NCBI GenBank assembly: GCA_046583095.1
Contig: JAYGDB010000078.1
Coordinates: forward strand, 7,220-71,219
DNA: 64,000 nucleotides
Source of the DNA: Myxococcota bacterium
Lineage (GTDB): Bacteria; Myxococcota_A; UBA9160; UBA4427
Direction of reading: 5' to 3'
Shown in pieces: positions 17,037 to 24,042 of this stretch; positions within the stretch are counted from its first letter, which is position 1, and each line of letters starts with the position of its first letter. Made by a program: the position numbers and the translations under genes. The notes beneath the pieces are model-generated. The model was not told the DNA's origin. It saw only the letters and a list, made by a program, of their open reading frames with translations, and searched no databases.

Positions 17037-18443
17037 CTAGGGGATCGCGTAGCCGAGGGCGCGAAGCTGGTTGAGCTCGAGCTCCTCGATCTCGCGGGTT
17101 GGCGATTCACCCCAGGGCGGGCGCATCTGCAGGTAGGCATCCGCTAGCCCGCGGAGGCGCGCGAGCTCCTCCGGCATCTCTTGGGCCCGGTCGTCGAGCT
17201 CATCCGGATCGACACGGGCATCGAAGAGCTGCTCGATCGCCCGGCCCCGCTCTTCGGAGCGAACGTATCGCAACGGCCCGTCTGCGACCGCCAGCGAGTC
17301 GACTGGGCGCCGGGTTCGCTGTCCCCAGTTCTGGTCCAGCTGCGCGACGGCGGTGGGATCCGGCTCCTGTATGACCTCTCCGCGTGCTCTGGCCAGGAGC
17401 TGTGGCCGCAGGGAGTGCCCGTCGCGTTCGGCAGGAGACGAAAGGCCGATCAACTCGAGGACCGTCGGCCAGACGTCGATGTTGCGCGTGCGCCCTCTGA
17501 AGACGATGCCGGGCTCCAGACGAAATGGAAACGACAGAATGAACGGCACCTCCGTCGTCTCCCTGTAGACGCGCCGCGCGTGGCCCTCGATACCCCGCTC
17601 CCGAAACGCCTCGCCGTGGTCCGACCCGACTACGACGAGCGTGTTCTCTGTGTATCCCTGGTCTGCGAGATGGGCCATCAACACGCCGACCACCCGATCC
17701 GTCCAGCGGATCGAGTTGTCGTAGATGTCCGAATAGGCTCCCCCGAACAGAGCCGTCTCCTCGTCGTAGAGGTACTCGTGGACGTCCATCAGGTGCAGGT
17801 ACAGGAACCAGCGCTCGTGCCCGTGGACCCGAAGGAACTCGAGCGCCGAGGCCAACCCGTCCTCATCGGTGGTCTTGCGGGTGAGGGTGGGATTCTCGAT
17901 CCGAACCGAAGGAGGCAAACCTCGGCCGGCGGGCCGGATGTAGACGTCGAAGCCCTGGTCGAAGCCGAAGGTCGGGGCCACCCAACCGTTCCGGTAGATG
18001 CCGACGGTACGAAAGCCGGCCTGCTTGAGAAGCTCCGCCGGGAGCTCTGCGGCGTCGGGAATCACGTGGTTGTAACGGGTGATCCCCGTTCGCGCGGGAT
18101 ACAGCCCGGTCCACAACGACGCCATCGAGCACTTCGTCCACGAAGACTGCGACATGTGGCGACTGAAGCGGACGCCGTTCGCGGCGAGTCGGTCGAGCTC
18201 CGGGCTCGTATCCCGCAGGTAGCCATAGCTCCCGAGTCGATCGGCTCGCAGGGTGTCGATCAGGATGAAGAGCACGTTCAAGTCGTCGCGCTCGGCGAGT
18301 TGCTCGATGTCGTCTGCCGAACCCACGGGCCGTGGGTCCGGATCGCCAATCCGGATATCCACCACGGTCAGGACGAACGCAACCACGAGCACGCCTGCTG
18401 CAACGACCCACGGCCAGGGACGATCGAGCAGCGGTTTCGGCAT
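17037..18443 (-). CDS. Membrane-anchored sulfatase-fold (alkaline-phosphatase superfamily) hydrolase/transferase
   Basis: The internal start MPKPLLDRPWPWVVAAGVLVV (ATG at 18443) gives 468 aa; the remaining 5' part of the 931-aa track ORF is antisense to the TPR gene. The metal-site motif is LFILIDTLRADRLGSYG. The nucleophile region is SQSSWTKCSMASLWTG, with Thr where type I sulfatases have the Cys/Ser-x-Pro-x-Arg motif. Confidence 0.85.
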   Translation of the reverse strand: MPKPLLDRPWPWVVAAGVLVVAFVLTVVDIRIGDPDPRPVGSADDIEQLAERDDLNVLFILIDTLRADRLGSYGYLRDTSPELDRLAANGVRFSRHMSQSSWTKCSMASLWTGLYPARTGITRYNHVIPDAAELPAELLKQAGFRTVGIYRNGWVAPTFGFDQGFDVYIRPAGRGLPPSVRIENPTLTRKTTDEDGLASALEFLRVHGHERWFLYLHLMDVHEYLYDEETALFGGAYSDIYDNSIRWTDRVVGVLMAHLADQGYTENTLVVVGSDHGEAFRERGIEGHARRVYRETTEVPFILSFPFRLEPGIVFRGRTRNIDVWPTVLELIGLSSPAERDGHSLRPQLLARARGEVIQEPDPTAVAQLDQNWGQRTRRPVDSLAVADGPLRYVRSEERGRAIEQLFDARVDPDELDDRAQEMPEELARLRGLADAYLQMRPPWGESPTREIEELELNQLRALGYAIP

Positions 18444-18581
18444 GACGCGCAGACTAGCAGCCCGCCTAAGAACCCTTCGGTCGCCATCCACGTCGCTACG
18501 AACCTGGCTGGGTCGGAGCCCTTCGACGGGCAGCTGGAGATGGTTCGATCCGGGCCAGTGACTATACTGCGCGCCGCGCCA

Positions 18582-20882
18582 ATGCCCGCCAACCGCCCTA
18601 TCCCGCTGCTTCCGGTCCTCACAGCCTGCCTGGCGGTATGTGCAGCAGTGATCGGCTGCGATCCGTCCGATTCCCTCGAACCGATTCGACAGCAACAGGA
18701 TGCCGGGAACTTCGCAGCGACGATCGGGCCGCTTCGCGAGATCATGAACGACGACCCGGATGATCCCGAGGTGAACTACCTCTACGGGCTTGCACTCTCT
18801 CGAACCGGCCAGGCGGGCCTGGCCGAGTGGTCCCTCAGCGAGGCGATGAACGCCCCCGAGTGGCTCGAACGGGCCGGACGGCTGCTCGCATACAATGCGG
18901 TCTCCACTGGCAACCATCATCGAGCCATCGAGGTCACCAGCAAGATCCTCGACGGCGATCCCGACAACGTCGACGTGTTGCTCCTGCGCGCCAATGCTTA
19001 CGCGCGCTCGCGGATCCACTGGGAAGCGGCCCTCACGGACGTCGATCGGATCCTGGAACTCGAGCCCGATACCCCCGAAGCGATGGAGCCGAGGATTCTC
19101 TCCCTCCTCGGACTCGAGCGGATCGATGAAGCCGCCGCGGCCCTCGACGAGTTGGGGGAGCAGATCGAGAAGAGTCACATGGGTCCGAACAGCGAGGCCT
19201 GGTACTGCGCCACCACTGCCATCTTCGCGGACGACGGCGACCAGGAGGAGCGCGCTCGCGAGCTCTGGGGGGACTGCCTCGAGCGCTTCCCCAAGCACGC
19301 GAACGTCGTCACCAATGGGATGAAGTTCTTCGACGCGAGACGCGAGTACGATCGCAGCCAAGAGATCCTCGAGGCGGCCCACGAGGCCGATCCGCAGTCC
19401 CGCAGCTACCGCATCCAGCTGGCGAACCGGCTCCGCGTCGCGGGCCGCGCAGACGAGAGCGAGCAGACGCTTCGAGGCGCCACCGAGTCGGAGCATCCCC
19501 AGGTCGCGGCCCTCGGATGGTTCGACCTCGCCAAGCACTTCCAGGAGATCGGGAATCACGAGCAGGCGTCCAAAGCGCAGGAACGCGCCGTCACGCTGAC
19601 GCGCACCACGGGGCTCGCGCATCCACAGCTGCTGCTCGAGTACGCCGACGCCCTGCTGCTGGCGGGGAAGTTCGACGAGGCGCTGGCAATCGCGGACGAG
19701 ATGAGCCTGGAGGCCCACGTGGCGATGATCCGCGCCCGGGTCGCGCAGGAGCAGGGCAATCCCGCCAAGGCGCTCGAGCACTTCGGGGATGCATTCCGGC
19801 TGTGGCCCAACAACCCGTTCGCCCGTTATCACGCGGCACTCGCCTCAGAGGCCGTTGGCGACTTCGACGCGGCCATCGAGGCCTATCGCTACTCGATCCG
19901 CGTCGCCCCGAGTGCCACCGATGCCCGCAACCGGCTCGCACGGCTCCATCTCGCCGAAGGACGCCCCTCGGAGGCGCTGCTTCTGCTTCGACTGCGGACC
20001 GAGCACGCGCCCCTCGACCTCGAAGGAGAGCTGCTGTCTCTGCGGCTGTGGGCACTGCTCGGAAATGGACCGGCCCTGTTGAAGCAGCTCCAGCGAATTC
20101 GAGGCGGTAGCCCCCAACTCCTGGGTACCGCGCTGGCGAGCTCCCTGCAGGGGATTCGAGAGCGGGCAGGTGCCGGGGCCGCTCTCCGCTCGCTGGGCAC
20201 GTCGCCCGGCGTGGACCTCACGGCACTGGACAACGCGGACGCCCTGCGCGCCGTAGTTCGCCTGTCCATCGAGATGAACCAAGGCGACGAGATAAGACCG
20301 ACCGTCGAAGAGGCTCTCTCGAAGCACCCCGAGGTGGCCACCTTCCACGAAATCCACGGCCTCTGGCTCGAGCTCAGCGGCGAGACGGACAGCCTGGCTC
20401 GCAGCGCCTACCGGGCTGCGATCGAGCGCGATCCCCGAAACCCTGGCGCGCTCTCGGGCCTGGGCCGGCTTGCCCAGACGCCAGACGAGGCACTCGGCCT
20501 GTTCGAGCGCGCCGCCGCCGCAAAGCCCCAGGATCCAGACCCGGGCTGGGCTGCGGCACAGACACTGGTCGCAGCCGGGAGATCGTCGGAAGCCGAGGCC
20601 CGCCTCGAGGAGTTGCTCGCAAAGCATCCCTACGAGGCCCGGGCTGCCGCCGCGCTCGTCGAGATGCGACTCGAGCGCGGGGAAGCCGACGAACGCACGG
20701 CCGAACTCGCCCACAGGGCGGTGCGCTTCGGCCGCAGCATCGAAGCGCTGGACCTCTTGGGCCGCGTGCATCGGCGCCGCGACGAACCCGACCTCGCGGA
20801 AGCCGTGGAGGCCCGAGTTCGGGCCCTGCGCAGCGGCAGGCGGGGGGAGGACAGAGCACCTGTTAACTCAACTCAGGATTGA
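18582..20882 (+). CDS. Large TPR-repeat lipoprotein
   Basis: The ATG at 18582 gives MPANRPIPLLPVLTACLAVCAAVIGC, with the lipobox VIGC. Then 766 aa of TPR-like repeats follow (for example AIEAYRYSIRVAPSATDARNRLARLHLAEG). The 5' 467 codons of the track ORF are antisense to the sulfatase-like gene. Confidence 0.8.
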   Translation: MPANRPIPLLPVLTACLAVCAAVIGCDPSDSLEPIRQQQDAGNFAATIGPLREIMNDDPDDPEVNYLYGLALSRTGQAGLAEWSLSEAMNAPEWLERAGRLLAYNAVSTGNHHRAIEVTSKILDGDPDNVDVLLLRANAYARSRIHWEAALTDVDRILELEPDTPEAMEPRILSLLGLERIDEAAAALDELGEQIEKSHMGPNSEAWYCATTAIFADDGDQEERARELWGDCLERFPKHANVVTNGMKFFDARREYDRSQEILEAAHEADPQSRSYRIQLANRLRVAGRADESEQTLRGATESEHPQVAALGWFDLAKHFQEIGNHEQASKAQERAVTLTRTTGLAHPQLLLEYADALLLAGKFDEALAIADEMSLEAHVAMIRARVAQEQGNPAKALEHFGDAFRLWPNNPFARYHAALASEAVGDFDAAIEAYRYSIRVAPSATDARNRLARLHLAEGRPSEALLLLRLRTEHAPLDLEGELLSLRLWALLGNGPALLKQLQRIRGGSPQLLGTALASSLQGIRERAGAGAALRSLGTSPGVDLTALDNADALRAVVRLSIEMNQGDEIRPTVEEALSKHPEVATFHEIHGLWLELSGETDSLARSAYRAAIERDPRNPGALSGLGRLAQTPDEALGLFERAAAAKPQDPDPGWAAAQTLVAAGRSSEAEARLEELLAKHPYEARAAAALVEMRLERGEADERTAELAHRAVRFGRSIEALDLLGRVHRRRDEPDLAEAVEARVRALRSGRRGEDRAPVNSTQD

Positions 20883-20970
20883 GAACCAAAATTCCACAGA
20901 AGTGGAAGAATTTTGCCATCGGCGGTGAACATGACAAATCTAAATACTTGAAATCACTCGTGTTTCAGAT

Positions 20971-20986
20971 AGGCTCGGAACTTGCA
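20971..20986 (+). promoter_or_regulatory. Candidate sigma54 (RpoN) -24/-12 promoter
   Basis: AGGCTCGGAACTTGCA matches TGGCACG-N4-TTGCW at GGC, CG and TTGCA with the exact GG-to-GC spacing. It lies about 82 nt upstream of the ATG at 21068, inside an AT-rich island. Confidence 0.4.
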
Positions 20987-21067
20987 TTCTACACCAATGG
21001 ATTTGATCGTTCACGGCGCCTGAACTGGGTGCCGATAGAAGCACATTCCCCAACGGAGGAAGCATTC

Positions 21068-22228
21068 ATGTCATTCAAGGTGTCGATCCTGGGTCTCGCC
21101 TGCCTGCTAGTCGCCGTCTTCGCGACCAGCGCGGAGGCACAACGATCCTACCCGTTGACCGGCAATCTCCGCATCCAGATCGGCGACGGGCTTCCGATTC
21201 CGATTGGCTTCACGGCGGCCCCGAACGGAAAGGTTCCGGTAGTCGCCGGGGCACGGATCGTGCAGTCCTCCGGTCCCGACCCCAAGAAGATGACGATCCC
21301 CCCGGACGCGATGTTGTTCGACGGGCCGCCTTTCAATCTGCCCGTGTACGGGTTGAACTCGAAGGTCTTCCAGGTCCTGACCGACATCACCATCGGGTTC
21401 CCGGCCCCGAACGGCGGACCCGGTGGTCTCGGTAGCGGCGACACCTTCATGGCCGGCGGCCGAACGGGTCTCCCGACTGTGACGTGGTGCCCGGGCCAGT
21501 CGGTTACCGCCAGCGGGAATCCGGCCTGCACGGATCCCGGAAAGCTCCCGCCGCCCACAGGGGGGAGCCACGCGGGTAACGGCTTCCTGAAATACACTGC
21601 TACGGGCGCCCAGTTCGGTGGCGCCATGCGCGGTAGGGGTGCGGGCATCGCTGACATTGCGTTCCCGGCGGCCGTTCCGGCTCCGAAAGCACCGTGCGAC
21701 CACGCGGCCCCGACCGGTCCGGGTGGGGCACCGTGCGTGGTCATCTTCGCCCTCGCGACCCCCGCTGGTACCGGTGTCGTAGGCGGACCCTTTGGCGTCG
21801 CAGACACGTCTGCGGGCACTCCGGAGCCCGCGCCGGGCGGCCTTCGCAACGCCGTGGTCAATCCTGCGGGCGTGGTCCTGAGCGTGACTTCACCTGGCCT
21901 CGGTGTGGGTCTCTCGAATCCGGCAACCAGCTTCGGCGGTCCCTGGACGACCGGCATGCTCGAGGTGCACCAATCCGCCGCGGTCGGCTCCGCCGAGATC
22001 TTTTTCATGACGGGTAGCGACAACCGCGTGAACGGGGTCGGCACGATCTCGCTCGTTGCGGGTGGGCTCAGCGAGCGGACCGTCAGCGGTCCGAACGCGA
22101 ACCGCGGATGGCTCAACCTGACCGTCGGCGGCAATACGCCGGGGCTCTCGAGCTGGGGCATCGGCGTCCTCGCGATGCTGCTCACGGGTGCCGGCGTGTG
22201 GCGTGCTCGACGCCTAGCAGCTAGCTGA
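21068..22228 (+). CDS. Gly/Pro-rich secreted protein with IPTL-CTERM-like C-terminal sorting tail
   Basis: The ATG at 21068 is preceded by GGAGGA. The signal peptide is MSFKVSILGLACLLVAVFATSAEA. The body is 386 aa and Gly/Pro/Ala-rich. The C-terminus is TPGLSSWGIGVLAMLLTGAGVWRARRLAAS, i.e. motif, TM helix and basic cluster. Confidence 0.7.
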   Translation: MSFKVSILGLACLLVAVFATSAEAQRSYPLTGNLRIQIGDGLPIPIGFTAAPNGKVPVVAGARIVQSSGPDPKKMTIPPDAMLFDGPPFNLPVYGLNSKVFQVLTDITIGFPAPNGGPGGLGSGDTFMAGGRTGLPTVTWCPGQSVTASGNPACTDPGKLPPPTGGSHAGNGFLKYTATGAQFGGAMRGRGAGIADIAFPAAVPAPKAPCDHAAPTGPGGAPCVVIFALATPAGTGVVGGPFGVADTSAGTPEPAPGGLRNAVVNPAGVVLSVTSPGLGVGLSNPATSFGGPWTTGMLEVHQSAAVGSAEIFFMTGSDNRVNGVGTISLVAGGLSERTVSGPNANRGWLNLTVGGNTPGLSSWGIGVLAMLLTGAGVWRARRLAAS

Positions 22229-22254
22229 TCGAAAGCTGAGCCAGGTAGTAGCTT

Positions 22255-22296
22255 CCCGGGGCGGGCCGATGACGGTCCGCCCCGGGTTCTTTTTTG
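22255..22296 (+). terminator. Rho-independent terminator
   Basis: A perfect 10-bp GC stem pairs CCCGGGGCGG (22255-22264) with CCGCCCCGGG (22277-22286). The stem can extend through the loop to about 14 bp. It is followed by TTCTTTTTT and lies 27 nt after the stop at 22228. Confidence 0.75.
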
Positions 22297-22673
22297 GAGG
22301 CTCTCTGCTCTCCTCTAGCCGACGCATCCGCACGTTCCCGACCTTCACTCTCGGCTTTCGGCTCGTCCTGCTGGCGTTGGCACTGGGAGCTGTGGCGGCC
22401 CTCGCGTGCGCGGACGGGCGGGCGGGGGGCCCCCACCGTGGCATCGAGCAGCTCTGGAGGGACTTCACTGCGCTGCCGAGAGAGCGGGCTCTCGCGATCG
22501 CTGGAGATCCCGACGGGCTCTGGGTCGCTGGCGCCGCGGGAGGAGAGCCCTCTCAGGAGGCCGCCGAGGCGCGGGCCCTCGAGGTATGTGCTGGCAAGCG
22601 AGCGACTCGGCGCCTGCAGATGCCCTGCCGGCTCTACGCGACCGGCGAAGAGATCGTCTGGCGCGCCTGGTAG
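22269..22673 (+). CDS. Small exported protein, function unknown
   Basis: 134-aa ORF. A hydrophobic signal-like segment (FRLVLLALALGAVAALACADG) begins about 30 aa in. The mature part has two Cys and an ...AAEARALEVC...CRLYA pattern. The only canonical start (ATG at 22269) sits in the loop of the upstream terminator, so the start is doubtful. Confidence 0.45.
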   Translation: MTVRPGFFFGGSLLSSSRRIRTFPTFTLGFRLVLLALALGAVAALACADGRAGGPHRGIEQLWRDFTALPRERALAIAGDPDGLWVAGAAGGEPSQEAAEARALEVCAGKRATRRLQMPCRLYATGEEIVWRAW

Positions 22674-22687
22674 GCCGGCCGAGCCCC

Positions 22688-23974
22688 TCAGCGCTTGCGG
22701 CGATTCTCGTCCCCGGCCTTCGCCTTATCTTCCCCGGCCTTCGCCTTATCTTCCCCGGCCTTCGGCTTCCTGTCCCGGGGTAGGACGGTTCTCTTCGGAG
22801 GCATGTGGGCCCTCTCGCGCGCTTCCTGCGAAAGCGGCGACCCTGCGATCCAGGCATCGGCTGCGCTCTCGTCCTTCTCGCGCCAACGCCTCGCGATCGT
22901 AATGTACGACAGCTCACGCCGGTCCTCGTCCACGATGAGCGCAACCCACGCCATGGCCTCGACGGGCGTCTCCCAGGAGATCCGCATCGAGTACAGTTCG
23001 GCAACAGCTCCGAACCAGGGTTCGGTGTTCTCGCGGCCGATCGAGGCTGCCCAAGCATACGCGGCGTCGCCGTCGAGGTAGATCCACCGCCGATATGCAT
23101 CGCGGACGGCGGCGTCTCGCACCCTGCCGGCGGGGGCATGTGAGAGCCACTGCAGAGCCGCGGGACCATCGTGGGCCGCCCAGCGTTCTCCGATCATCTT
23201 CAGCATGTCCGAGCCGAAGGGCCCGTCGCAATGGGCCTCGCAAAAGGCTGCGCCGGCAGCTGGATCGATTTTGGTGAGCTCCGAAGCCATCTGACGGAAG
23301 GCGTTCAGCTTGAATTTCTTGGGCTCGTCGGGAATCGACTCCGCCCAGCGCATGGCGGACTCGGCCCCATCCTGCTGGATCTTCTTGCGTGCAAAGACCG
23401 ACAAGGCCCGCTGCCGCTCGAAGCCTATGCCGAGATTCCGGATGTAGTCCGTCAGACCCGGCTCGCCCGAGTCGAACCAGCCGCGCACGAAGGCGACCTG
23501 TAGGGCCTTTGTGTTCAGGCTCGGCGCGACCATGAGCGGAGCGAATCCCTTCAACGCGGCGGCAGGGTCCTGCTTGGCCCACGTCTCCAGGGCCGACATG
23601 CCCGCCGCCATGCGCAAACCGGCCGGGGGCCTCGTAAGCGCCCAGCTGAAAGCCTTCGCGGGCTCGTACTTTGCCCACACACGCACCAGGAGCTCCATCT
23701 CTGCGGCGCCAACATCGACGGACGGATCGGAGAGTGCAGCGATGGTCCCAGGGATCGCCTCAGGCCCGAGAATGGGCAGTAGATGGGAGAGCTTCTGGAT
23801 CCGCTTGAAGGGGTCGCGCTCGGAGAGCGCCAGCACGATCGCCCCCTTCGACTCGACCCCCTTCGGCGGAGGCGCGACAGCCCGCGGCTCGGGACCACAG
23901 GCAGCGATCGAGAAAGCAAGCAGAAGCCCTGCGGTCACGCAGGGCCCGACAGCCCCATACATCGTCGTCTTCAT
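22688..23974 (-). CDS. Alpha-helical-repeat lipoprotein, function unknown
   Basis: 428-aa ORF with a signal peptide and lipobox (LLLAFSIAAC). The body is helical-repeat (HEAT-like). The Lys-rich C-terminal tail carries the repeat KAGEDKA KAGEDKA KAGDE. Confidence 0.75.
   Translation of the reverse strand: MKTTMYGAVGPCVTAGLLLAFSIAACGPEPRAVAPPPKGVESKGAIVLALSERDPFKRIQKLSHLLPILGPEAIPGTIAALSDPSVDVGAAEMELLVRVWAKYEPAKAFSWALTRPPAGLRMAAGMSALETWAKQDPAAALKGFAPLMVAPSLNTKALQVAFVRGWFDSGEPGLTDYIRNLGIGFERQRALSVFARKKIQQDGAESAMRWAESIPDEPKKFKLNAFRQMASELTKIDPAAGAAFCEAHCDGPFGSDMLKMIGERWAAHDGPAALQWLSHAPAGRVRDAAVRDAYRRWIYLDGDAAYAWAASIGRENTEPWFGAVAELYSMRISWETPVEAMAWVALIVDEDRRELSYITIARRWREKDESAADAWIAGSPLSQEARERAHMPPKRTVLPRDRKPKAGEDKAKAGEDKAKAGDENRRKR
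22711..22770. repeat. 21-bp tandem repeat (about 2.8 copies) inside the 3' end of the lipoprotein gene
   Basis: CCCCGGCCTTCGCCTTATCTT occurs at 22711-22731 and 22732-22752. A diverged third copy lies at 22753-22770. The repeat is in frame and encodes (KAGEDKA)n on the minus strand. Confidence 0.9.
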
Positions 23975-24042
23975 GACGCGCGAGTGTAAGTTCGGATCCA
24001 GCGATCCGCTATCGCGACAGATAGCAGTCGCACGCTGCTTGA

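Noticed and set aside
17181-18581. 5' 467 codons of the 1233-aa plus-strand ORF
   Set aside because: It is antisense to the sulfatase-like gene. The lipoprotein signal peptide and lipobox begin at 18582.
18444-19832. Upper half of the 931-aa minus-strand ORF (17037..19832)
   Set aside because: It is antisense to the TPR lipoprotein gene. The sulfatase-like protein has a clean start with a TM anchor at 18443, and the upstream translation has no features.
20903-20917. Second sigma54-like element TGGAAGAATTTTGCC
   Set aside because: The GG-to-GC spacing is one nucleotide too short for a -24/-12 promoter, and the -24 flank is poor.
20879-21067. 63-codon in-frame extension upstream of the IPTL-CTERM-like gene
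   Set aside because: The region is AT-rich and non-coding-like. A canonical signal peptide and GGAGGA RBS define the start at 21068.
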